Position numbers and translations under genes: made by a program. Below, in pieces: positions 46,929 through 55,347 of a stretch of 64,000 nucleotides of DNA. Each line of letters opens with the position of its first letter. Within the stretch, counting starts at the first letter, position 1. The notes under the pieces were generated by a model. That model had not been told where the DNA came from and made no database searches. It worked only from the letters and a program-made list of their open reading frames with translations. This stretch comes from a virus (Duplodnaviria > Caudoviricetes): positions 1,105-65,104 of the IMG/VR virus record IMGVR_UViG_3300050132_000146, one strand, 5' to 3'.

Positions 46929-47016
46929 TTCAGTATCGTCTAAGCGAGCGGAAAACTCGTAAAGGTAGGACTCCTGGCATGGTCTGGAAATGTTGGTTCG
47001 ATTCCAACTACTGTTC
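46929..47016 (+). ncRNA. Atypical tRNA-like element
   Basis: Perfect T-arm GTTGG-TTCGATT-CCAAC and a CAGTA/TACTG acceptor. The D-arm has an inserted hairpin and the anticodon arm is non-canonical. Confidence 0.5.
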
Positions 47017-47272
47017 ACTTCTCCAGATCGACGTGACGATAGCCATTACGCCAGAGGAAGGTGCTGAGCATCTTTGCCTCTTTAGTAACCTGCTCCTCTG
47101 ACCTTAAAAAGTCTAGGTGGTGCATATATTCGTGGCACGTCACCTCAAGCCTCCGAAGCGGGGAGAGCCTTGGGTCTATGAGTATTCGACCGTCTTCGAA
47201 ACACATGCCGTCGGCTCCTCTAGAGCGGAGTTTTGTGTACTCTATGATTGGGTATTTTGGCTTGCGCGGCAT
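47015..47272 (-). CDS. Small HExxH metallopeptidase-like phage protein
   Basis: 'ADGMC...ILIDPRL...EVTCHEYMHH...EEQV'. Confidence 0.75.
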   Translation of the reverse strand: MPRKPKYPIIEYTKLRSRGADGMCFEDGRILIDPRLSPLRRLEVTCHEYMHHLDFLRSEEQVTKEAKMLSTFLWRNGYRHVDLEK

Positions 47273-48000
47273 AGCTTTTTCTTTCTGCTCAGTGATTGAT
47301 TAACGGGTGTTTTTAACGCATCCACGAATGACATTCCTTTACTCATTCTGTATTTCAATGTAACTGGAGATATTGAATATTCTCTACACCAATCAAGGCT
47401 TAATTTTGTCGCACCATCAAGTTCATATCGTTTTTGAACGATACTATTTGGTGTGCATACAAGAGGCTTTGTAACAGCATCGCAAACAGACCATCCAGCG
47501 CGTATCCTGTCCATTATGTTTTTAGACTTAACACCAAATACAGAAGACCACTCTATTGCAGTAAGAGTTCTTCCAAATGCGCTGAATTTCAGCTGGTTAA
47601 TTTCCCTCAGATGATCCTTCCTCTCCTGACTTAATCTAAGCAACTTCATCTTTGCTAATTGAGATTCGCCCCACTTTCTTCCGAGTGTTGGTCTTGACAC
47701 ATCAATGGCTATATTATATTCTGGATCAGATTCATTTATTGACAATTGCTCAATTGGCAAACACTCCTCTTGCTGACACACCATGATTATCTCAAATGAG
47801 AAGCTTTTTTCTCCGTGCTTTGTCCACGATCTCTGTAGATGCTCGTTGTGATGAATACCCCTCCTTAAAAGAGATTTATGAGTTGCCCACCTTGCCCTAA
47901 ATGAATATGATGCAGAGCCAATATATGACTTACCGTTCACATTGTTTTTTATTCGGTAAACACCAGTACTATTCAAATAGGGATTAATATACTTTTCCAT
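47242..48000 (-). CDS. GIY-YIG homing endonuclease
   Basis: 'GVYRIKNNVNGKSYIGS...RWATH...HLQRSW...E...YN'. Confidence 0.9.
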   Translation of the reverse strand: MEKYINPYLNSTGVYRIKNNVNGKSYIGSASYSFRARWATHKSLLRRGIHHNEHLQRSWTKHGEKSFSFEIIMVCQQEECLPIEQLSINESDPEYNIAIDVSRPTLGRKWGESQLAKMKLLRLSQERKDHLREINQLKFSAFGRTLTAIEWSSVFGVKSKNIMDRIRAGWSVCDAVTKPLVCTPNSIVQKRYELDGATKLSLDWCREYSISPVTLKYRMSKGMSFVDALKTPVNQSLSRKKKLCRASQNTQS

Positions 48001-48997
48001 CTACAACGGAGTGGTTGGATACGTGAAATTCCTTGTCACCAATTGTGTCCACAATAATGAAACCATGAGACCATCGGTTCACGGGCATGAAGCGCGGGAA
48101 AAGTCCCGCCAGGCACCCAGAAGAGAAGGTAGATATGGTGCGCCTGTCGCCCGGAACGCCAAGACAAATTGTGTGCTCGGATCGTTGGTGGTGATGTCCG
48201 CAGATAGCCGACACACCAAGCTTGTCGCAAAGACCCTTTGCTGGGCTAACCGGGCTTGTAGCACCCCCTTGTAATTCGTGTCCGTGTAAAATTTGTACAC
48301 CAGAGAGATTGGCAATTTGAGTAGACTCAATTTGAGTGAAACCGAACCTTTCGTATTGTAATACACTCGGCATCGAGAAGTTTGGAACACCAAGAAGAAC
48401 CGGCGCATTCTGGTTTAGGTATCGCTCGTAACGGGACTCATGGTTGCCAACTTTGGCATATACGTCGCACTTCTTAAACTTGGAACGAAGGTATGCGAAA
48501 AATTCAATACAGCCAGAAATCTCACCCTTAAGATCTCTTTCTCGAATGTCAGGACAATATTTTGACAAAGAATGGGCATCCCAGAAATCGCCATTTAGGA
48601 TGATGCGGGTACATTTGCGCTTTTGTCCATAGGAGATTGCGGCATCAAGAGCCACTGAATCGTGGTACGGAATATGCACGTCACTTAAAATTAGTGTTGT
48701 GCTATCACCTAGAAGATCAATCGGGTCGCATCCATCCGGCCTGCTTTTGGGAAGTGAGAGCATCGGGCTTTTCCATCCCTTTGGCCTAGCGTCACGAGCA
48801 ATCTGTGGGTGCTCAGTGGATTCACCACTCACTCCGCGAATTCTCTGTACTGTCCTGCGGGCATTCTCGACGCTTGGGAACAGGGCGGTTTCACAAGCAT
48901 GTAGTGCCCGTGCTACGGTTTTGTTGGGAGAGTCACTAAAACGCCTTGAATAATCTAGCGCCACCTGAGTCCGAATCGTTGCCGTTGGCTTTTCCAT
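47984..48997 (-). CDS. Calcineurin-like metallophosphoesterase
   Basis: 'SDVHIP', 'NGDFWD', 'GNHE', 'HGH', 'GHHH'. Confidence 0.9.
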   Translation of the reverse strand: MEKPTATIRTQVALDYSRRFSDSPNKTVARALHACETALFPSVENARRTVQRIRGVSGESTEHPQIARDARPKGWKSPMLSLPKSRPDGCDPIDLLGDSTTLILSDVHIPYHDSVALDAAISYGQKRKCTRIILNGDFWDAHSLSKYCPDIRERDLKGEISGCIEFFAYLRSKFKKCDVYAKVGNHESRYERYLNQNAPVLLGVPNFSMPSVLQYERFGFTQIESTQIANLSGVQILHGHELQGGATSPVSPAKGLCDKLGVSAICGHHHQRSEHTICLGVPGDRRTISTFSSGCLAGLFPRFMPVNRWSHGFIIVDTIGDKEFHVSNHSVVDGKVY

Positions 48998-49040
48998 AGT
49001 CCACTAAACTACAGTCAACAATAACAAATGTCAATCTGTT

Positions 49041-49520
49041 TTACACAGTAAAACTCACATCAACAACATCGTCCGTCTGTAATCCCAACTTGTCCAGAAT
49101 TACAGGAGAGCAGTCAATAATCCTTCCATCCGTGCTGGTGCCGTTTGGTCCGAAGTCCGCTGGCTTACAGATCACATAGGCACCAGTCTTCGGGTTGGAC
49201 ACTTTTATACCAAGTTTGCGCAGAGCCGACTGTGGAATAGCCACAGGAAGACGTTTACCCACATTCTGATGACCCACAATCGCGTCCTGATTAACCTGAG
49301 ACTGATTGTACGCCCACCTCATAGCAACGTAAGGAAAGGCCACATTAAGCCTTCTTGCGGTTCCGGTTGTATTTGGTGGCTGCTGGGTCAGGAACATTCC
49401 CATTGGAGCATATTCCATGCTGCCATGATCATACAATGCAAGATCTTCAGACGCAGCAACCCCCGTGTCATGTGGACCGCCAAATGTGGAGCACTTTCCT
49501 GTAAATGTGTAGATCTGCAT
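49041..49520 (-). CDS. Putative endolysin (RlpA/double-psi beta-barrel lytic transglycosylase-like)
   Basis: 'GKCSTFGGP.D', 'YVAMRW', 'PADFGP', 'RIIDCSP..LDKLGLQTDD'. Sits among membrane-protein genes. Confidence 0.75.
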   Translation of the reverse strand: MQIYTFTGKCSTFGGPHDTGVAASEDLALYDHGSMEYAPMGMFLTQQPPNTTGTARRLNVAFPYVAMRWAYNQSQVNQDAIVGHQNVGKRLPVAIPQSALRKLGIKVSNPKTGAYVICKPADFGPNGTSTDGRIIDCSPVILDKLGLQTDDVVDVSFTV

Positions 49521-49524
49521 AAAA

Positions 49525-49902
49525 TTACTTCCCGCTCACGCCACTATCTTTAGCCATCATCAAGCCAATCGCCGCAAACACTTCAGGCACAACAACACTC
49601 AAATCAATGGGTGTGTGACTCAAATAATCACTCAGAACCTTAACCAGAACCGCAACAAGCCCACCGCTACCAAGCAACGACGTTTTCCACGACGTTCCAA
49701 GCGTATGTCCCTTAATTGCCATAACAAACGACACAAGATCCTTGGCAAGTGCTAATTCCTGCATCAGGCTCAGCTTCTGAACTGCTGATACAATTTCCTT
49801 ACCCGTAACCTGATCAACTGGAATTGCCTTCCGAATCTCGGTTGGCGGTTCTGCCTGATGTTCAATAAACGAACTAAGTTCTTGGCTTCCTGGTAGTGGC
49901 AT
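49525..49902 (-). CDS. Putative holin
   Basis: Two-TM C-terminus 'SWKTSLLG...AAIGLMMAKD'. Confidence 0.65.
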   Translation of the reverse strand: MPLPGSQELSSFIEHQAEPPTEIRKAIPVDQVTGKEIVSAVQKLSLMQELALAKDLVSFVMAIKGHTLGTSWKTSLLGSGGLVAVLVKVLSDYLSHTPIDLSVVVPEVFAAIGLMMAKDSGVSGK

Positions 49903-50074
49903 ATAATTAAGGGATTGGGATGAATCTGAGCGCTGCACTCAAAACCGTAGCTACACCCGTAATTACGGTCTGTAGCGTAGTCTGTTTCGGTGGCGGAGCT
50001 TGAAGAATAGTAATCTGAACAGCCTGTGTTTTGGCAGGATCAGAAGGATCTAAACCAACCGCCTGCGCCTTGAT

Positions 50075-50428
50075 CTACTTGGTAGAAGTTCCCTTGGCGG
50101 CGTCATAGGCAACAACAGCCTTGGTGGCGATGTCTACCCAGTCATTGACTGTGGCGGGAGAGGCGGGAGCAGCCTGGGCGGCGTTGTACTGGTTAACAGC
50201 GCTCATTGCGATGACCACAAAGTCAGCGGGAGTCACTTTTCGAACCTTGGCGATGGCCTCGTATTGGGTGGCAACGTTCAAGGCAATTCCGGCATCAGCC
50301 ACAAGGGTCTTGTTCTGTGCCAGGGAGGTAATACCATTGCCAAGCGAAGTCACGCCAGCCTTAAACTGGGTACAAGAAGCGGTGGACAGAATTAGAACGG
50401 CGAACAGGGCGGTCAGTGTGTTTTTCAT
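50075..50428 (-). CDS. Putative lipoprotein (spanin-like); the frame stays open past the TAG to 49907
   Basis: Signal/lipobox 'MKNTLTALFAVLILSTASC'. GTTGAC 18 nt upstream. Confidence 0.7.
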   Translation of the reverse strand: MKNTLTALFAVLILSTASCTQFKAGVTSLGNGITSLAQNKTLVADAGIALNVATQYEAIAKVRKVTPADFVVIAMSAVNQYNAAQAAPASPATVNDWVDIATKAVVAYDAAKGTSTK

Positions 50429-50453
50429 AGTGAAACACGAACCTCTGTCAACC

Positions 50454-50666
50454 TTAATGGTGGGCAGCTTCAAGGATCGGCTTGATTGCCGCAGCAAGTA
50501 GCTCGTGCTCCTTCTGAAGCTCAAAGATCTTGTTGATGACCCAAACAACGAACATGATGAACGATGCCGTCATGGGAGCAAGGATCACAAGGAACGCCTT
50601 GAACGCAAGTGACCACATACCCTCAAGGGTAAGGATGTGGTCTCCGTTTTTGTCGGTGATGGCCAT
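50454..50666 (-). CDS. Small membrane protein (lysis-associated)
   Basis: A long hydrophobic segment followed by a helix. Confidence 0.6.
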   Translation of the reverse strand: MAITDKNGDHILTLEGMWSLAFKAFLVILAPMTASFIMFVVWVINKIFELQKEHELLAAAIKPILEAAHH

Positions 50667-50678
50667 GGTGGTTGATAA

Positions 50679-51068
50679 TTACAGGTAGTCGTTCGCGCTG
50701 ATTTCAAGAGTGGCGGAATCGGATACCTGGCCGCCATAGACATCGAAGGCGCGCATACTGATCTGTTGATCCGTGGGGTTCGACAAAACCAGCGTAGCCA
50801 CGCTGGCGTCTTTAAGGGTTTGGTTGGTGGACTGCCTGGCACTCACATCCTTCAGCGCCACCAGACCGGCCGCAGACACGGCGGCAACCCCGGCGTTACC
50901 CTGGAGTTGCTGATGGATCGACACCAGCGCGGCAGTCGCCGTGTCGTTACCGATTTGCGCCGGGCTCTCGCCCTTCACAGCGGCGGCCACGGCAACGGCG
51001 GTGAGGGCATCGGACTGCTCGGCATCGAGCGTGATGGGGGGCAGGATGAGTTTGAAAATGGTGTTCAT
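50679..51068 (-). CDS. Hypothetical protein (tail fibre-associated)
   Basis: Ala-rich, GC-rich ORF downstream of the fibre-like gene. Confidence 0.6.
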   Translation of the reverse strand: MNTIFKLILPPITLDAEQSDALTAVAVAAAVKGESPAQIGNDTATAALVSIHQQLQGNAGVAAVSAAGLVALKDVSARQSTNQTLKDASVATLVLSNPTDQQISMRAFDVYGGQVSDSATLEISANDYL

Positions 51069-51081
51069 GGCTTGGTTAGGA

Positions 51082-52197
51082 TTAGGATTGCTCAACAATG
51101 GCGGCGCAATTGGCGACGGTGCCGAACCCCGGTGCACCGGTGTATCTCAGCACGAGCGACTCACCAGCGTCGTTGCCGGCAAGCCAGATAGCCGCTGAGG
51201 CGTCAATGGGCTGGAGCACGCCTGCGCCGGTGAGCGTGGCGAGGTCAATATAAGTTCCCGTGAATTTCAGCGACAACGAGACCGGGCACGCTGGGAAGCC
51301 TGCGCCCGGATTGGACAGCCAGGCCCCCACCATCTTGATCTTCTTGCCGGCGACAGCCGCCACGAGTTCGACTTCAGGTACTCCCCCGTGTTCCGGCACG
51401 TCGTCAACGCCCGCCGTGGTACCGCCGCCGCTGTAAGTGGGAGTGCCAATGACAGAGGCGCACGACAGGATGAGTGACACGTTTGCGCCAGCTGCCGACG
51501 TAGCAAAAGCGAGGGTAGATACGGAGTCGTCAGTTGCAGAGCCAGGGAATGCCGCGCTGCTGAGGGCGGACAGGAAGGCGGCATTGGCTGAGGTCACGTC
51601 GGAATACGCAATCACGATGGAACCGCCGATGAGCTGGCCGCTGTTGTTAAACTCGAAGACCTGGTCAAACGTCCCCGATCCCCCGACAGTCACCGCCACA
51701 TGGATGGAATAACCGTCAGTCGGGGTGATGGTGGAGTTATAAGAGACGTTCCCCGAGGCTCCGCTCGCCGGCACATCCGCAACGGTATGGCCTGTGACCG
51801 GGTTGTAGGCGCGCACCAAGGTGCTGCCACCGCCGCCGCTGATGCCAGTGAGCTGCGAGCCATCCAATGCCGGCAGCTTGCCAGCGCCATCGAGCTGCAC
51901 AACCTTGTTCGCCGTGGTGCCGACATCGAGCGCAGCCGCAGTGCCGAAGGAACGAGCCGCGACATAGAGCGTGTCGAAGTAGGTCTTCAACGTCGCCTTT
52001 ATGTTGACCCAAGTCACCTTCTTCAGCACATTGGATGCCGCGCTGTCGATCACACCCACCTCATCAGCATCTACCGGAGTGGTCTTTGCTGTAGCCGCAT
52101 GGATATTCGCTCCAGTATAAACCTCCGCGAAGTTAGCATTGATCGCGTTACGAGCATTCAGCCCGCTCTCGCCGTTGGTAAGTGAAGATTGAGCCAT
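51082..52197 (-). CDS. Putative tail fibre / virion appendage protein
   Basis: 'ARNAINANFAEVY', 'ATAKTTPVDAD...KKVTW.NIK' and 'GTAAALDVGTTANKVVQLDG.GKLPA.DGSQLTG' are fibre motifs. Confidence 0.75.
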   Translation of the reverse strand: MAQSSLTNGESGLNARNAINANFAEVYTGANIHAATAKTTPVDADEVGVIDSAASNVLKKVTWVNIKATLKTYFDTLYVAARSFGTAAALDVGTTANKVVQLDGAGKLPALDGSQLTGISGGGGSTLVRAYNPVTGHTVADVPASGASGNVSYNSTITPTDGYSIHVAVTVGGSGTFDQVFEFNNSGQLIGGSIVIAYSDVTSANAAFLSALSSAAFPGSATDDSVSTLAFATSAAGANVSLILSCASVIGTPTYSGGGTTAGVDDVPEHGGVPEVELVAAVAGKKIKMVGAWLSNPGAGFPACPVSLSLKFTGTYIDLATLTGAGVLQPIDASAAIWLAGNDAGESLVLRYTGAPGFGTVANCAAIVEQS

Positions 52198-52200
52198 AAA

Positions 52201-52338
52201 TTAAGAGTCTTTCCAGGTGTCAGTGTCGATCCAAGATCCAGAGTCACGCCATGCTCCAAGTCCGAGAATCCAGCCGTCGTCCCCGCCTGCAACGCGGCGC
52301 TTACTGATAGAGAAGACGCTAAGTAGAAGTCCAAGCAT
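52201..52338 (-). CDS. Small Trp/Asp-rich protein
   Basis: MLGLLLS...WILGLGAWRDSGSWIDTDTWKDS (45 aa) fills the gap between neighbours. Confidence 0.6.
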   Translation of the reverse strand: MLGLLLSVFSISKRRVAGGDDGWILGLGAWRDSGSWIDTDTWKDS

Positions 52339-52344
52339 GATGGT

Positions 52345-52596
52345 TTAGAGCTTGTATGCGCGAACTGCGCCTGAACTCATTGTGAAGGCGGTGATACCCT
52401 TGGCGTTGTAGAACTTGGTACCAGCGGGCCATGCGGTTCCGGTGAGAGCATCTCCAGTTGCGCCAACCTCGGTGAAAACAGCGAAGGTTGCATCGGCAAG
52501 AACGTCGATCAGATAGAAGTTCCCGGTGACTTCGGTTGTCCCGGTTTCGTTAACAACGCCAGATGCGGCAAAGGAAAGGTCAAAAGCGTCAGCCAT
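52345..52596 (-). CDS. Small virion protein
   Basis: Beta-rich, ends 'SGAVRAYK'. GTTGAC 17 nt upstream. Confidence 0.7.
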   Translation of the reverse strand: MADAFDLSFAASGVVNETGTTEVTGNFYLIDVLADATFAVFTEVGATGDALTGTAWPAGTKFYNAKGITAFTMSSGAVRAYKL

Positions 52597-52691
52597 AGTG
52601 ACCGAAATGAAATGTCAACAAAACATTATTCCGAATAATAGCCAAGTTGACATCTGCAAATCGCAAACCCCAATAATCAACATTTTTCTAT

Positions 52692-53138
52692 ATGGCCGAC
52701 ATTTCCATCACCGCAGCCAACGTCGCAATCTCCGCGAATACTGATACTCAGGCGAAGCAGGCCGTAGCCGGTGCCACTATTACTGCGGGCCAGCCAATTT
52801 ACCTGGACCCAACTTCCACCCCAGCCGGTCTGGCGACCCCAGCAAAGACCCTTACCGCCGTCACTTCGGCTGTGGTTGGTATTTCGCTGAATGGTGCTTC
52901 TTCGGGGCAGCCTGTTGACTACGTCGTCCAAGATCAAGCCTTTGTTCCCGGTGGCACACTGGTTGCCGGTAAGGTCGTAATGCTCAGCGCTTCTACCGCT
53001 GGTGGTTTTATCACCCAGACCCCTACTGATTGGGATGTTACGGGTCAATTCGGTTGCATCCTTGGGATTGCCACGAGCACCACGACCATGAAGTTCAGGG
53101 CGAATGCGATCCAGCGTTCTGGTGTTGCTCACGGTTAA
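52692..53138 (+). CDS. Capsid cement/decoration-like protein
   Basis: 'AGATITAGQPIY...GISLNGASSGQPV'. Confidence 0.7.
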   Translation: MADISITAANVAISANTDTQAKQAVAGATITAGQPIYLDPTSTPAGLATPAKTLTAVTSAVVGISLNGASSGQPVDYVVQDQAFVPGGTLVAGKVVMLSASTAGGFITQTPTDWDVTGQFGCILGIATSTTTMKFRANAIQRSGVAHG

Positions 53139-53184
53139 TTTTATGCGGGGACGGTCTAATCCACCGGATTCGCTCCCTTTCAAT

Positions 53185-53258
53185 TGCGGGGTCGTCTAGT
53201 GGCCCAGGACACGAGCCTCATAAGCTTGCATTCACAGGTTCGAATCCTGTCTCCGCTA
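53185..53258 (+). tRNA. tRNA with CAT anticodon (Met/fMet/Ile2 unresolved)
   Basis: Acceptor TGCGGGG/CTCCGCT with a 1:72 mismatch, loop CTCATAA, T-arm ACAGG-TTCGAAT-CCTGT. Confidence 0.88.
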
Positions 53259-53283
53259 CTAATTCGTAGATATACGATCACTC

Positions 53284-53550
53284 ATGGCCTCATTCGCTTG
53301 GCTCCAAATTTACAGATCGTATACAGGCGACCAGCTAAACGCTGAAATCGCCATGCTGACGAAACAGATTACCGATGCCAACGGAATAACCTCGGCAGGA
53401 TCTGGGTCCAAGACATACGCCAGGGATCTTGCACACCTCGAAGGACGACTAGCAGCCGCCTGCCAGATTCAGATTGAAAAAGGTCAATCTGGCTGTCCTA
53501 AAATGCGTGGTGGATGGGGCGTGGGAAATTTCACAAATTTCCGTGGCTAA
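53284..53550 (+). CDS. Head-tail joining (gpW-like) protein
   Basis: Small ORF immediately before a lambda-type portal, with 'SAGSGSKTY.R'. Confidence 0.6.
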   Translation: MASFAWLQIYRSYTGDQLNAEIAMLTKQITDANGITSAGSGSKTYARDLAHLEGRLAAACQIQIEKGQSGCPKMRGGWGVGNFTNFRG

Positions 53551-53575
53551 TGCAGTTGACCCACATTAACGCATC

Positions 53576-55342
53576 ATGGCTACAGCTACCGAAAAACCAG
53601 GACCAAAAGTAAACTTTCTTGAGCGTGCCATTGGTGCCGTTGCCCCATCGTGGGCTCTTGGTCGGGCCAAGGCCAATCAGGAGCTGATCAAGTATTTCAA
53701 TTATGACGGTGCCAACCCCGGCACTGCTCGCGGCAATTCTGGTGGTCTATATCGTAACGCCTCGCCTGAAACGGCGGCAATGACCCGCGACCGAATCAAT
53801 TTAATTTGGGAGGCGAGGGACATGGAGCGAAACTTCCCAATCGTCGCCGGTCTCCTAGACCGAATCGCCCAATACGCCTGCCACCGACTTGAATACAAGG
53901 CAATGACCGGCGACCCAAAGACCAACGTAGAATACGAGCGCTATTTCCACGACTGGTGCTCCCGTGCAGACATATCTGGACGCCTTCGTCTCAAAAACCT
54001 CTGCCAGCTCGCAGTCCGATCCTACTTCCGTGATGGAGATATGGGGTTCATCATGACGAAGCGCAACAACGAGCTTCGTCTTCAGCCCATCGAAGCTGAC
54101 CGTATCGGAAACCCGCTCCACAAGGTTCCGTCCGAACGTGAAATGGGTGGCGTAATCATTGGAAACGATGGTCAGCCTCTTGAATATGAGATTTGGAATC
54201 GCTCAAATACTAATCAGTATTCCAAGGATCACAACGAGAGTGCCGATAATTTCATCCACTTCTGGAGGCCAATTCGTTTTGATCAATATCGCGGCGTTTC
54301 TCCTCTTGCTCCTGTCATTCCTCATTGTCGAGACGCTTACGAGCTTATTGCCTTGGAGAAAGCTGCTTGCAAGCTTCAATCGTCTTATACGGTGTTTAAG
54401 CACCTCAAAGACCCTAATTCCAACTCGGCTCAGGCGGCGTGGGATCAAAAACCCACAATAAACTCACCTGCAAACACGGAAATCGTAGGCGGTAAGATCC
54501 AGACCGTGACCGATGCGGAGGATATTACCTTTGCTCCCGCCCAGACTCGTCCAAGCGGAGCGTTCATGCAGTTCCACGAGACTATTGTACGGCTCATCGC
54601 TCTTGGCGTTAACTTCCCGTTCGGATTCTGTTGGAACATGGGTGACTTTGGCGGAACAAGCTCACGCATCGAACTCAAGCAGGCAGAACGCCGAATTCAG
54701 GACATTCAGCAAATGCTTGTTGAGATCATCCTAAACCGTGTACGCGATCAAGTCATCAGCATGGGAATCGCAAACAAAGCAATCCCAGCTCATGCCAAAT
54801 GGCGCGAAGGTAGGTTCACATTCGGCGCTTGGCTTACCGCTGACGTTGGATACCAGACCAACGCTGACTTGCAGCTTATCCAGCTCGGATTGAAGTCCAA
54901 GCATCAGTGGGGTCAGGAAAACGACAACGACTTCGAAACCGTTCAGGACGAGCTGTATTCAGAAATCGAGTACCAGCGCAACCTCTCAGCAGAGAAGATG
55001 ATTCCTATGGAACTCCTTCCAGGAGGCAACCCAATGGCCACAGCGCTGCTCTCAGCGGCAGAACAGAGTCGTGAGTCACTTGCTACGCTCGAAGCCCAAC
55101 AGCAGCAGATGAACGCGCCTCCACCGCCTCCTCCTGGCCTCATCGGGTCAGTAGGCGACAAGGGCGTTAAGACTTTACTTGACTTGAACCAGCAGGTCGC
55201 TGATGGTGTTCTTCCGCGCCAGGCGGCGGTTCAGCAGGTGATGGCTATTTTTGGAACGACCGAGCAACAGGCTGAGGTTCTGGTTCCGCCAGCACCAAGC
55301 AAGAAAGATTTGAAATCAAAGTCGGTTGACGCGAAAGATTAA
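53576..55342 (+). CDS. Portal protein, lambda family
   Basis: 'EARDMERN', 'RDGD', 'LQPIEADRI', 'RFDQYRGVS', 'SSRIEL'. Confidence 0.92.
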   Translation: MATATEKPGPKVNFLERAIGAVAPSWALGRAKANQELIKYFNYDGANPGTARGNSGGLYRNASPETAAMTRDRINLIWEARDMERNFPIVAGLLDRIAQYACHRLEYKAMTGDPKTNVEYERYFHDWCSRADISGRLRLKNLCQLAVRSYFRDGDMGFIMTKRNNELRLQPIEADRIGNPLHKVPSEREMGGVIIGNDGQPLEYEIWNRSNTNQYSKDHNESADNFIHFWRPIRFDQYRGVSPLAPVIPHCRDAYELIALEKAACKLQSSYTVFKHLKDPNSNSAQAAWDQKPTINSPANTEIVGGKIQTVTDAEDITFAPAQTRPSGAFMQFHETIVRLIALGVNFPFGFCWNMGDFGGTSSRIELKQAERRIQDIQQMLVEIILNRVRDQVISMGIANKAIPAHAKWREGRFTFGAWLTADVGYQTNADLQLIQLGLKSKHQWGQENDNDFETVQDELYSEIEYQRNLSAEKMIPMELLPGGNPMATALLSAAEQSRESLATLEAQQQQMNAPPPPPPGLIGSVGDKGVKTLLDLNQQVADGVLPRQAAVQQVMAIFGTTEQQAEVLVPPAPSKKDLKSKSVDAKD

Positions 55343-55347
55343 AGACT

